DNA of 62,879 nucleotides, filler included, from Stramenopiles sp. TOSAG23-2 (GCA_900128395.1; 8 parts of 8 records of this genome joined end to end with filler, not necessarily neighbours in it), one strand, 5' to 3'. Shown: positions 1-11,500, counted from the whole stretch's first letter. Numbers and translations: made by a program. Notes: generated from the letters alone by a model not told the origin.

Positions 1-116
1 AAATGTGCAAATACAAAACCAAAAAAATAGAAAATTAATAGTCACAATAATACATATGACAACATAATCATTTTAATTTATTTATTTCTAATTTATTTAT
101 AACAATAACAACGATC

Positions 117-729
117 ATGTCGGATATGAAAAAAAAAACAATGACGGATGAAGAAAAAGCAGCAAGAAGGGCTGAAATTATGGCTAATTTAGCAAAAGCA
201 AAAGCAGAGAAAGAAAAAGTGGAAGCACAAAAACAAATGGAAGCTGAAATTGATCCTAGAAAATTTGGTACACATTCAGGTATTACATGTGATGGTTGTA
301 ATATTGAACCGATTGTTGGTTATCGATGGAGATGTAGAAATTGCAAAAATCATGGTATGTTATACATATATATATATTATTTTTATTTATATACACACAC
401 ATGCACTTTTTGATTTTTTATATAAAATATATTTTTCAAATATACATTATTCTCTAACAATTTTATTTATATATATATAATTTATAGATTTATGTGATGC
501 ATGTTATGACAAATTCAAAAATGGAGAATTAGTACATGCAAATGCACGACGTAATCCAATTTCAATGAAATTATCCGATCATGAATTTTCTGTCTTAGCT
601 GAACATGGATCATTTAAAGGTATGATGGGACCTGCAAAAACGGAAACAAAAAAAAAAATCAAACCAAATGCAATTTGTCCTTTATGTGATAGTGGAAAAA
701 AATATAAAAAATGTTGTGGTAAAAAATAA
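117..729 (+). CDS. ZZ-type zinc finger protein with C-terminal SEC-C-like zinc-binding motif (2 exons: 117..354, 488..729)
   Basis: Exon 1 encodes HSGITCDGCNIEPIVGYRWRCRNCKNH. Removing the intron GTATGT(355)..TTTATAG(487) gives DLCDACYDKF, which completes the ZZ finger. The protein ends KPNAICPLCDSGKKYKKCCGKK* (TAA 727-729), resembling the SEC-C consensus GRNDPCPCGSGKKYKKCCG. Confidence 0.85.
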
Positions 730-1993
730 ATATTTACTTATGTGTATCATCTGTACTGTGTTTGTTATGGAGCGAAGCATTATATATAATATACATATAT
801 ATTATATATTAACTGACTATATATCCCAAATCGCCAAATTTTTACCATAATTTAAAAAAAGTGAAAAGTGATAAAATTTTATTTAGAATATATTTTGGTA
901 TTATATTAAGAAAAAAGGTATTCCATAAGTTCAAGTTGAATTCGACACCAATAAATGCAGTTGCAAATATAAATTCAAATAAACCTGGGGAAAATTTTAT
1001 TTTTAAACGAAAAAAAACCGAAATTGTTAAAGTTATATGGTAACAAAACTTGGACAATTGGTAAACATTTAAATACTCAACCATAGGAGTATTATTTCAA
1101 TTATGGGTCTCATTCAATGTGACATTTTTTAATATTTTTTTTTATTATGAAAAGTGAATAAAGGTATCCTCGTAGTGCTATATAGTGTTACTAATTATAA
1201 GGGAGAAACAAATAATAAATAGAAATAGAACACACAATGAGAAATCATTAATGGAAAACACAGACATAGTTCAAAGTCGAGGAAATATTAAAAATGTCTA
1301 TATATTACGATCGGTTAAACTTATCAAAAGTAGTAACTTTACGATCTATGGAACACAATGTATTGCACATTATATCAGGGGGGTTGATTACCCCCCCGGA
1401 GTTGGAAAACGCAGTAGTTTTTTACCAATTAATCGTAGTGATACGATTTTTTCTACTTGCACAATAAGGAAAAGTTTTTTCAAGGAAAATAGGACGGATA
1501 CGTTTAAATTTACCAGAACTCACCGGCCCAATGGAATTGGGTTGCACAATAGAATCTATATGGATTCACAGGTACCGTAGACTCCGGTTAGGAGTTTGAA
1601 GCGATTGCTAATCTCATAATTTAGGTGTGCACCTAAATGTTTGGTCACGACAGAAATTTGAAAGTACGTGAAGAGAGATTAAGATCGAGTTAGAAGAGGA
1701 GTAAAGGTGGGAGTAGTCTAAAAAGCTCTAATATACTATTATATTTTATACTGGTATAAATCTAGTAAAGTAAAAGATATGATGTCATATTGGAAAAGAA
1801 GAGGTAGATAAAATAGAAACACTTATATAGAATTATAAAATATAAAACTAAATCACTATATAAAATATCAGTTTTGTCGGATTGCGTGTGTTACTTTTAC
1901 GTGATCTATTTTTTTTATATTATTTTATATCACATCAAAGTGAGTATTAATTACATTTATTTATTAGATATCTATAAAAATAATAACTAAAAC

Positions 1994-3361
1994 ATGAATT
2001 ATAACAACGACAACAAACGGGGTAGAAATTCATGGGGGATGAAAAAGTCTTCTGTTAAAACAAATAATGTGAAAGCCAACCAAAACTCTCGAGGGATGAA
2101 AGCTGCTTTATTGGCTTCAAAAAATGAATCAAGTAGTAGTATAATAAATGTTAAAAACTCTAGCGACAGTAATAATAAGAATAGTAGTAGTAGTATTAGC
2201 AGTTTAAATATGTCATCACAAGCTAAAAGAACCAATAATAGTGATGATGATGATGACGATGATGTAAAACTAGTAGAAGTGATGAAAGAACCGACACATT
2301 TGAAAGTCTTATATGCATTTAGTGGTGTTTTTCCTTTGTTAAAAAATGCTCAACAAGATACTAGTAAAGTTATGATTGCATTTACATTATTGTATCCAAT
2401 GCTGGTTTGGATTTTCAATGCTCTTCTATTGTTTATACATATATGTTCAGTTATTAAATCGCCACTTGCATCTCCTTTTGAAAATGGTACCAATTATCAT
2501 CCATCTCTCACGCAAAACTTGGCAGGTATAACACTGTATTTGTTTTTATTTTTCGTCCAATATGGGCTTTACAAAACTAGAAACAATTTTTTAAAATCAA
2601 TCAGTAATTTATCAAGGAAAAAAGTAAATATACTATCACGTCGAAGTGTTATTATAACATTTGTTGGTGGCTTCACACTTGGGACTTTCATGTTTGTATT
2701 TTATATTTGGACCAATGATTTGCCTACGGATGAGCAACACCATGCATTGGGCGTGTTTTTACAACTAACATTTGTTTTATTTACTATTATTCCTATATTT
2801 GGAACAATAAATGTTGTATTGTCAAGAGTTAGATTTTATTTTTCTGTTTATATGAAAAAATATAACAAGTTAGATGCATTGGCAAAAGGTGCCGATGCAA
2901 ATGCATTGCATCATAAATGCGTATTAACGAAAAAAAAAGCCACGGAAGATTATGTGTTATATTTAAATGCACCTTTGTCCGTTTGTTTCACATTAGCAGT
3001 ATTACTTGTTTTTTTTAACATGATAAGCATTTATTTAGACAAGACGCATGGGCCTGGTCAATTACTATATATGATTCTTTTTGGATTGATGCCATTACCG
3101 ATGGTAATATTGCCATTGTTTACATTAATGAAACTGGATGCAAGGTCGGCTATGTTAAAGGAAGCAATTTGTCAAAACATTCAAATGAAACGAGTAGATT
3201 TAACAGCTTTGTTGTTAACATTTGAAATGAGAGTTCCAAGGATTAAAGTCTTTGGTATGTATGTTACAATAAACTTAGTAGCTTCCGCTGTTATACCATT
3301 AGTTGGTGCGCTCATTCCAAAATTGATACGATGGATTATGTTAATGAGTGATGAGGCTTAA
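1994..3361 (+). CDS. Seven-transmembrane protein, candidate gustatory-receptor-like (7TM ion channel) family
   Basis: 455-aa ORF with a low-complexity N-terminus, a pre-TM1 'LYAFSGVFP' motif, seven hydrophobic segments and a split last helix 'IKVFGMYVTINLV', as in GR/GRL/DUF3537 proteins. Confidence 0.55.
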   Translation: MNYNNDNKRGRNSWGMKKSSVKTNNVKANQNSRGMKAALLASKNESSSSIINVKNSSDSNNKNSSSSISSLNMSSQAKRTNNSDDDDDDDVKLVEVMKEPTHLKVLYAFSGVFPLLKNAQQDTSKVMIAFTLLYPMLVWIFNALLLFIHICSVIKSPLASPFENGTNYHPSLTQNLAGITLYLFLFFVQYGLYKTRNNFLKSISNLSRKKVNILSRRSVIITFVGGFTLGTFMFVFYIWTNDLPTDEQHHALGVFLQLTFVLFTIIPIFGTINVVLSRVRFYFSVYMKKYNKLDALAKGADANALHHKCVLTKKKATEDYVLYLNAPLSVCFTLAVLLVFFNMISIYLDKTHGPGQLLYMILFGLMPLPMVILPLFTLMKLDARSAMLKEAICQNIQMKRVDLTALLLTFEMRVPRIKVFGMYVTINLVASAVIPLVGALIPKLIRWIMLMSDEA

Positions 3362-4042
3362 TTAGACAACTATCATACGAAATATAGTATATATAAATAT
3401 TACACACAATTATTAAAGTTTTAAAAAATAACTAAAAATAATAGTTTAAAAGTTTTTCATTAGCTTTTTTTTTTTTGAGCTCAATATTCAGAGGTAAAAA
3501 TTAAAAGAAAGGAAAAAGAAAGTGTTATCTCTGATTTATAAGAAAAATAAGTATTGTAAGAACATAATAATATATAATATTGTATGATTGTGTGGTATTG
3601 ACTTTTGTACACATTCCAAAAAAAATTGAAAAAGAGTGTGTTTGGGTGCCAACCAAACTTCAAATTTATATAACATATTTTCCTCGCATCATCGGTGTGT
3701 GGTGCGTATAGATAGAAATAGGGTTTTGATAGGAGATTCCATTAAGTATACATAATTTAGTAGTAAATTAATTTCGATTCCTTCTAGAATACCAAACTAA
3801 TAAAACTACACACTATTGAAAAATCTCAAATGAAAAAAGAAATGCGTATTTTTATACACCACTATTATTTATATTACAGTTGCTACACATGCTTGCCCGG
3901 CTTGAAAACCAATAATTATATATTCATAATAATATATATATATATAAATTTGTTGATAAACAAATAATATATATATTAAATATTAACAAATATATAAAAA
4001 CGACGTCTGTTTTTATATAAACATCAGAAATAAAGAAAAAAA

Positions 4043-5101
4043 ATGCAACATCAAAAAGATTATTATAAAATATTAGGCATAGGAAGAAATGCAAAACCAA
4101 AAGAGATAAAAAAGGCATATCGTAAATTAGCAATAAAATGGCATCCTGATAAAAACCCAGGTGATAAAGCTGCGGAAGAGAGATTTAAAGAAATATCAGA
4201 AGCATATGAAGTCTTGTCCGATGAAAACAAACGAAAGCAATACGATTTAGGTGGTAATCCATTTGGTGGTCCAGGTGGTGGGGGTGGGAACCCGTTCGGT
4301 GGAATGGGTGGTGGTGGACAACAATTTCATTTTAGTGGTGGTGGGTCCGACCCAAGAGAAATTTTTAAAATGTTTTTTGGAGAAGAAGGGGAAGATCCAT
4401 TTGCTGCATTGTTTGGTGGTGGTGGCGGCGGCGGCATGGGTGGTTTTCCAGGTGGTATTCGCATGCAAATGGGTGGTGGCGGCGGTAATAATGGTGGCGA
4501 TCCATTTCAATCTTTTGGTTTTGGTGGTTCAGGATTTGGTAACTCACCATTTGGTGGAATGGGTGGAATGCATCAACAACAGCAACAACGGCGACAAAGT
4601 CATCAAAGAGAACGTGTTGGTATTTTGAAAAGTGGTACTGCTGTATATATACATAGTTTAACAGGTGCTACACAACATAATGGTCGAATTGGAAAAATCA
4701 AAAGTTTTGATGATAGTAAACAGCGATATACAGTAGAGGTAGGATTGGAAACTGGTCCATTGGCATTAAAATTATCTAATTTACAACAATTGATTCAAAA
4801 CGTTGAAATCATTGGCATTGAATCGAAACCAGAATATAATGGAAAAATGGGTAATGTAGCTAGTTATAAAGATGGCCGTTTAATTGTACAATTAGCTGGT
4901 GGGAAAGCAATGGCATTAAAAGGAGAAAAGATTATTGTACCAAAAGGCACTAGAGTTGTCTTGCAAAATTTATCGAACGATAAATATAATGGCATAAAGG
5001 CAAATGTGATACAATATGATAGAGCAGCTGGTAGGTATTTGGTTCAATTAAGTAGTAATGGTAGTAATATCAAGGTGAAAAGGGAAAATTGTAAATTGTA
5101 A
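4043..5101 (+). CDS. DnaJ/Hsp40 co-chaperone (J domain, G/F-rich linker, three C-terminal SH3/KOW-like repeats)
   Basis: DYYKILG...[16 protein letters not shown] (HPD motif)...[13 protein letters not shown], then a Gly/Phe-rich region and three copies of VxIxxL...(H/Y)NGxxxxV/I...RY/LxVxL. Confidence 0.93.
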   Translation: MQHQKDYYKILGIGRNAKPKEIKKAYRKLAIKWHPDKNPGDKAAEERFKEISEAYEVLSDENKRKQYDLGGNPFGGPGGGGGNPFGGMGGGGQQFHFSGGGSDPREIFKMFFGEEGEDPFAALFGGGGGGGMGGFPGGIRMQMGGGGGNNGGDPFQSFGFGGSGFGNSPFGGMGGMHQQQQQRRQSHQRERVGILKSGTAVYIHSLTGATQHNGRIGKIKSFDDSKQRYTVEVGLETGPLALKLSNLQQLIQNVEIIGIESKPEYNGKMGNVASYKDGRLIVQLAGGKAMALKGEKIIVPKGTRVVLQNLSNDKYNGIKANVIQYDRAAGRYLVQLSSNGSNIKVKRENCKL

Positions 5102-5155
5102 TAAAAATATAATGCTGCACTACTGCTGTGTTTTATGGAGCAAAGCATCATCATA

Positions 5156-5371
5156 GAAAAGATTATCATACCACAAGGCACGCTATATAGAGTTGTCTCC
5201 TTTGCAAAATTCATCAAAAGATAAATATAACATTGGTATAAATAGCAAATGTGATACAATATATTTAATTATCTAGAGCAGGTTGTATAGATATTTGGTT
5301 TGATTAAGTAGTAATGGTAATAGTAAATATCAAGAGGTGAAAAAGGGAAAATAATTTTGTACAAATTGTAA
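5156..5371 (+). pseudogene. Decayed tandem copy of the 3' end of the DnaJ gene (source ~4924..5101)
   Basis: Collinear blocks shared with the gene end (gaaaagattat, tagagttgtct, gataaatataa, gcaaatgtgatacaatat, attaagtagtaatggta, aaagggaaaat, aaattgtaa), interrupted by many short insertions and frameshifts. Confidence 0.8.
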
Positions 5372-5620
5372 AAATTTGTAAAAAAATAGAAAAAGGGACA
5401 AAAGGTACAGTCGTTAATTTATCATTTTTAACTCAGAGAGAGATTATTTTACTTCTTCTGTGTTACATAACATATGATGTTTTGTAATATTAATCTTTTT
5501 TAATTTATTCTCTCTTCCTTTTCTTATAAATATATTATATTACGAATATGTGATATTCTTTCTTCTATTTGAGTTGTTAGTACGAGAAGTATCAAATACT
5601 TCTTCTTCTCCGTGTGTAAG

Positions 5621-5654
5621 TAGCGCGGCTATCGGTTTCGATCTGATGACCTTT
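5621..5654 (-). pseudogene. Partial degenerate copy of the 3' half of the adjacent tRNA-iMet
   Basis: tagcgcggctatcggtttcgatctgatgaccttt matches 5704..5735 with a 2-nt insertion and one substitution. Confidence 0.8.
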
Positions 5655-5703
5655 TTTACACTTCTTCCTGTCCGTGTGAATGTGAAACAAAAAAAAATTT
5701 AAG

Positions 5704-5728
5704 TAGCGGCTATCGGTTTCGATCCGAT

Positions 5729-5759
<31 letters not shown>

Positions 5760-5775
5760 CCTGCGCCAAGCCGCT
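5704..5775 (-). tRNA. Initiator tRNA-Met (CAT)
   Basis: Minus strand AGCGGCTTGGCGCAGGGGAAGCGTGTTGGGCCCATAACCCAAAGGTCATCGGATCGAAACCGATAGCCGCTA. It has an A1:U72 pair, GGG/CCC in the anticodon stem, a CAT anticodon and the ATCG T-loop typical of eukaryotic initiator tRNA. An oligo-T Pol III terminator lies just downstream (A-run at ~5689-5697 on +). Confidence 0.97.
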
Positions 5776-6229
5776 GTTGCATTATTGCCTTGATAAAGAA
5801 CGATGTGAATTTTTCCATATATGTATGCTTTTCTATTTTACTATGGACATACCATTATTACATGAACATATCATTGGTAGTTTCGGCCTCCAATATCGAT
5901 AGGCACACAATCCCGTCGAACAATTGCACGCACAATTTACAGGTCTTTTTGATGAAATTTCTTGGGAGCGTATTTCTCCGTGCCAGTGGTATTGCCATGT
6001 AGTAGCTAATAAAAATATGAATAATATTTAAACGTTTTGGACCATATTATTTACATGTATATATCGATAGAATCATCCAAGTTGTGTATTATATATACCA
6101 ATATATATATATAATCAATTCACAATCAAATTCACAAAATTGAAACTTCTACAGTGCGTGTTTGTGTATCTACCTTTGTCTGTATATAGTGATATATTGT
6201 TACACCACGAAGTACGAAATACCATTATC

Positions 6230-7249
6230 ATGGGAAATTATAATTCCAATAAACAAAAAAAAGAGAAAATAGCATTTGTACAAACCGTTGAACATTCTTC
6301 GGATAATCCATATTCCAAAACCAATACTGTGTCTTTATTAGATTTACATGAATGGACATCTGTTACAAAAGAATTACAAAAACGTGGGTACAAAGTCATT
6401 CGTTTTACTGGTGAAGAAATGTCGTCACTTGACTTTCGTACAAAGTTAAAGACACCAATAACTATACATACACCTGTTATTGCAAACCGTCCGTCATTAA
6501 CAACTTGTTTACGTCACTTGTCTAAGTTGTCAGAAACAGAACATTTACCAGAGCGTAATGATTACCCAATATCACTAAGACCTTTCTTACGAAGACGAGT
6601 GAAAGAAACATCTTTTGAGGAAATTAAACAATTGTATGAATCTGTTCCTACCTTTAAAGCGTTTATTAAACCACGCGGTGCGCAAAATGTTAAATTGTGG
6701 ACTGGATGTGTCATTAATTCTAAAGATGATTTTTGGAAGTTAACCAATGTAAAAGACAATACACCAATATATGTATCAGAACCGATTGAGTTTTTATCTG
6801 AATTTCGATGTTATATTATTAGAGGATCAGTTAAAGCTATTTCGTGTTATGCAGGTGATAAAGAAAACGCACCATTGGATTTAAAAACTGTATATACTGC
6901 TGTTAGATGTTTAGAAGGTAAAAATAGAAAATTAAATGCATCTTCAATCGTGAAGAGGGAAGCATCACGTGCATATGCTATTGATTTTGGTGTTGTAAAA
7001 TATATTGATGAAACAACTGGTCAGGAAAGTCAACATACTGTATTAGTTGAAATGAATGATGGATATTCATTAGGATTATATCCAGGGTGTTCAAGTAGAA
7101 TATATACTGATGTTTTGTTAGAACGATGGAATGAGCTTGTAGGTTTAAAAATATCACCTGCAAATAGTTATAAACGCGGTTCATGTCATGGTGGAGATTA
7201 TGGTGATGTTGATGGTAATGGTCGGAGTTGTCAAGGTGAATATAAATAG
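6230..7249 (+). CDS. ATP-grasp protein, DUF4343/R2K-like
   Basis: Motifs DYP..LRPFL.R, FIKP...KLWTG, YVSEPIEFLSEFRCYI, AYAIDFG, LVEMNDGYSLGLY. First ATG is at 6230 (MGNYNS, possible myristoylation); the track start at 6140 is a TTG. Confidence 0.75.
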   Translation: MGNYNSNKQKKEKIAFVQTVEHSSDNPYSKTNTVSLLDLHEWTSVTKELQKRGYKVIRFTGEEMSSLDFRTKLKTPITIHTPVIANRPSLTTCLRHLSKLSETEHLPERNDYPISLRPFLRRRVKETSFEEIKQLYESVPTFKAFIKPRGAQNVKLWTGCVINSKDDFWKLTNVKDNTPIYVSEPIEFLSEFRCYIIRGSVKAISCYAGDKENAPLDLKTVYTAVRCLEGKNRKLNASSIVKREASRAYAIDFGVVKYIDETTGQESQHTVLVEMNDGYSLGLYPGCSSRIYTDVLLERWNELVGLKISPANSYKRGSCHGGDYGDVDGNGRSCQGEYK

Positions 7250-7581
7250 AGAAAAGGTGCAGAGATCCTTTTTTTTTTTATTTTGTCCCACCAGCAGAGA
7301 AAAAAAATGTAAAAAAAGAAAGAGAAAAGAATATATAGGGGGACGAGAAAGAAAGGAAATTTTGCATCTAGGAGTGTAGAATGTAGAAAGGGGTAATATA
7401 TATATATATATATATATATGTAGAGTTAAGAATGGTTGTATAGAGCGTTTTCAACTTTTTTGTTAAATACTCTAGTGTGCAAGTGTGTGTGTTTTGTGTG
7501 TTATTTTTGGTAAAAATTCATTTTTTTACCATATAGATATAATAAATATATATATATATTTTTAGTTTCTTTTTTTATATT

Positions 7582-7812
7582 TCAATCAAATAAATGGTTT
7601 AAACTAGGTCCTGGACCACCAAATAAATCTTTTGATGAATCAACTTCTTCATCTACATTTTTCTCCTTTTTCCTATTACTATTATTGATATCCTCCTCTT
7701 TCTTATCCTCCTCTTTCTTTTCCTCCATTTTTGCTTTACCATATTTTCTACCTCTTTTATCTACAGCAGTACCATCATCATTTACTTTTATTTTACCAGC
7801 AACACCATGTAC
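7582..7812 (-). CDS. C-terminal fragment of an unknown protein, truncated by contig end
   Basis: Open frame from the gap: VHGVAGKIKVNDDGTAVDKRGRKYGKAKMEEKKEEDKKEED...DLFGGPGPSLNHLFD*, with coding-like composition. Confidence 0.6.
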   Translation of the reverse strand, partial: VHGVAGKIKVNDDGTAVDKRGRKYGKAKMEEKKEEDKKEEDINNSNRKKEKNVDEEVDSSKDLFGGPGPSLNHLFD

Positions 7813-7912
7813 NNNNNNNNNNNNNNNNNNNNNNNNNNNNNNNNNNNNNNNNNNNNTTAATTAATTAANNNNNNNNNNNNNNNNNNNNNNNNNNNNNNNN
7901 NNNNNNNNNNNN
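7813..7912. other. Artificial contig spacer N44-TTAATTAATTAA-N44 (same at 15700..15799, 23574..23673, 31445..31544, 39316..39415, 47185..47284, 55052..55151)
   Basis: Identical 100-bp spacer with a six-frame stop linker. Contig lengths are 7812, 7787, 7774, 7771, 7771, 7769, 7767 and 7728, i.e. non-increasing. Confidence 0.97.
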
Positions 7913-8535
7913 TAGACAGGATTAATACATGCCACAGTCTCTTAATACACATATTGTTTCGTACAAAGTAGGGAAAAGTATACATATATTACCTGATATA
8001 AGAGAAAGCATACATGTACGTGCGTAGTCTACTGTCAGCGGGGTGATACTGTCTATGATTTATGATGCTTTATTGTTATTATTATTAAAATTATCATCCA
8101 AAAATGCCAATGCTAAAGCCATAATGCAAAGTCAGTTGCTCCACATTCGTAGGTATACAGTTTGTTCCTGTAGCTGCGTTTCTTTCTTACATTCGCTAGA
8201 TTTAGTCTATTTTCGAATATTTTCTCGTTTAAATGAAAAATTAATCATATTTATATATTAAAAATTGCTGTTTTTAAAAATAACGATTATATTCATAATA
8301 TTCGGCAAAAGATCACGATACGCTCCTCGTTGATGGAAAAAAAAAAGTGGGGGAGATTTGTATAAAGTGAATGAAGGTGAAGGCACTATCTACTATAATA
8401 TATATAGCTATATATTACACTGTAATATAGACATTTAGGTAAAACTCCTTCACTAAAAGTAATAAAAGTTATCAAAGAGAAATAAGTGTATAAATCATTA
8501 GATCTATTTACGATTTTCTTTTTTAAAATCAAATA

Positions 8536-11500
8536 ATGACTTCGAATAGATTTACGGTAGCTGTAATCTTTGTATTATTGGCAGTATTAAACGTCGCTTT
8601 GGGGAAGAAAGTACAAAGTAACTTATTACGCAGTAATTTAAATAAAAAAGTTACACGTGATAATAGTGATAAACTTGCGAGTGTTAAAGATTCGAAAGGT
8701 GAATGGATCAAATGTGAAAATGGACAGAGGAAAAAAGGTTTCCAAAGAAGCGCTTGTCGTTTGAAAAAAGATGGAGAAGGGAAAGAGCAAGAGTTTAATT
8801 TCCAAGAATTTCTAGTAAATAAAGGCTGTCCAAAATTTGGTAGACCAGCTATTAAAGAGTCTTTGCTTTGTTTTGGTGACCAATCTCCTTGCAAAGAATA
8901 CGATATGGAAGACCTTATTAATGCATTTGAAGGCTGCAATAAAATTAAAACCGCGCGTGACAATTTGAAAAATAATGTCGAAGCGGGCCAAAATGCGTTT
9001 GAAGTGCCAGATAGAACATTGTCGTTCACAAAACCAGTAACGATCTTTAACGAAAATTTTGCTAATGTAAAAGTTTTGGGTAAAAATATCACTGAAAACA
9101 TTGAAAAGTTAGGAATTTCCAGCCCAGTAGGTGATGTTGATTTTTCTAAGAAATCGAAATGGAGTGCAAAGCTTAGTACAAAGTATGGTGTAAAGGTTTC
9201 GCCAATGTTAGGCAGCAAAGTTAATAACAAGACGAATGGAAATGCTTTAATTTTCTTAGGAAATAAAAAAGGTAAATCTACAGAGACTGACGGTGCACGT
9301 TATATTACAACTAAGCCAATGGATATACGCAAAGGAGGTGTCATCTCTTTTTATTTAAAAGACGGGCCAGATGATGGCGATTATGGTTGCTCAGCGACTA
9401 TGGAAGAATATAGAAGAAAAGAAGCAGCTCGCCTTGCACGTATGCAAAATGAAACTATTGCAAAAGAAAAGTGTGCAAATAAGCCACCATGCGGTGGTCA
9501 TGGCGAAGGTATCTATACATCTAGCTGTTTCAAAAAAGGTAGATGGGTAGTAGGTGCTAGGTTGGCAAAAGATGAATTTACTTGCCACAACTATACAAAC
9601 CAAAAATGCACATGTAAATGTAATGTTGGTTACAAATTGCCTGATTGCAAGGAATCATCCAGACCGAACAATCGTGATGGATACAGTCGTTGTAGGAGTG
9701 TTGGGGATCCACATCCAAATACTGCTAATGGTGCATATTTCAATATTTATGATGCAGGTGAGTTTGTATGGTCAAGACACCCAGACGTCAACGTAGAAGC
9801 GCATTTAATGACACGGCCAGCAGGCAGAGTTGCAGTTAACAAAGGTATGTCGATAAGAAAATGTACCGGTGGTGCAATGGAAGATGGGAAAACGGTGAAT
9901 AAAGATGGTAAAATGAAAGGTCCATGTGAGACTGTATCTATGATTAATTGTAATTTCCAAGTAGAAACTGCAGATGGTAAATGTATGTCCAAAGGTAGAA
10001 GTTTTACAACAAAGCTTGGCATTCGAGTTACTCATAACACTATATCTGTGGATGGATGGTCTATTCAATATAGTTGTGGTCATTATTTTGACTCATATTT
10101 GACAATTAATTCACCAAGAGATGGTAGATCACAAGGTTTGTGTGGTTACTATGGTAAACAAGGTGCAGGGGAAGACAGGAAAAATGGAAATTTCTTATCA
10201 TCAAGTGGAAGTCGAGGTAGGCATTCGATGACATCACGCGCATTCTTTGATGGTCCATTAACTATTAAAACCGGTGAATCCTCGCATTTCAATTGCCATG
10301 GATTTTCAAGGCCTCAAGTCAATGGTAGATATGGTTTTAAACGCATAATGTCTACCATCGCATCTGCAAAATCGATGGCAAAAATGGACAAAGCGGAAGC
10401 AGGCATGGAAATGAAAATGAGAGAACAAGCAACAACTAGAATGTTGAAAAGTTATCGCGCATGGTCAGTTGCAAATAGAAAAGACAATAAAGACCAGGAA
10501 AACGAAGTAACAAATGAAGAGGCTACGAAAAAATGCGAAGAGAAAATATTAGAATGTTCAGGCTTGCCAGTTGCTGATGCAAAAGCTATGGAAGCATGTG
10601 TACAAGATTACATCAAAGTCGGTAGAGAAGCTGGTAAAATGGTACTACAAGGTGCTTGCGATGTCGTTAAGGAAGATGAAGAAAATGCTTTTGAAGACGT
10701 AGAAGCAGATGAAAAAGATGAAAAATTGGAATTAGTTGGAGAAGCAGCATTGCGAAGCCCCAGCAAAAACGACCTTGTAGTTCAATGGTGTGTAGAAGAT
10801 TGTACTTATCCAGAAACAGAAAAATGCAAAGAGGCAAGGCAAACAATGATGGAAAATCCGAAATCAGGCTTAAAAGTTGAAGACGTGAATAAATTGTGCA
10901 TTTGGAAACAATTAAAAGCATTCCCTGCAAAATTGTATGCAGAATCTGGATTAACGAAAGATTGGCGTCATATGACCATGCGAGTGCCTCAAGAAGCAAT
11001 AGATAGAACGCACAAACCTGCCAATCCTAGAAATAAAGGACAACATATGCGTTTACGATTCTATCAACATGCACATGATTGTTTTTGCTGTGATACTTTT
11101 GGTATAGATAATATACAAATTGTTACCGGGGGATGGCCAGTGCGTATCCTTGCTGATTCTAGTTTTACTCTCTACGCCGATGGTAAAAAAATAGGAAATG
11201 GAATTTACAATGAAATGAAAGAAATTTATAGATATCGTGTAGATCCACAATCAAAAATATTTGCAATAGATGTTGAAAGTCGCGGTAAAAATCGTGCTGG
11301 TTTTATTGCTAGTATTGGTGATAGCATTGTTTCTAGTTCAACGTGGAAATGCAAAAATCGTTACATTAATGATAATGTAACGGAATTAGTTCAACCAATT
11401 ATTAGTGATTCTAATTGGGGGAAAGCGGTAGAGTTAGGAACAAATGAAGGGGAAGGTACTGTGCCTTGGGGTTCTGTCCCTGGGATGGCATCAAAAGCCT

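Noticed and set aside
1363-1551. CRISPR-like repeat-spacer array from three TTGCACAATA-type motifs
   Set aside because: Repeats are only 10 bp, spacing is unequal (94 and 85 bp), and there are no cas genes in this eukaryotic context.
1185-1580. 131-aa ORF as a protein-coding gene
   Set aside because: GTG start, no recognisable motif, and it overlaps the hairpin-rich island.
1460-1670. RNase P/MRP or telomerase RNA identity for the structured island
   Set aside because: GGAAAAG..ACAGAA only loosely resembles CR-I/CR-V, P4 pairing is poor, and no clear telomeric template was seen.
5621-5775. Duplicated tRNA 3' end as the att site of an integrated element
   Set aside because: The copy lies only ~50 bp from the tRNA, with no integrase or cargo between; a local tandem duplication explains it.
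7857-7868. TTAATTAATTAA repeated about every 7.87 kb as a biological periodic repeat
   Set aside because: It is always centred in N44 flanks and is a six-frame-stop linker used to join contigs.
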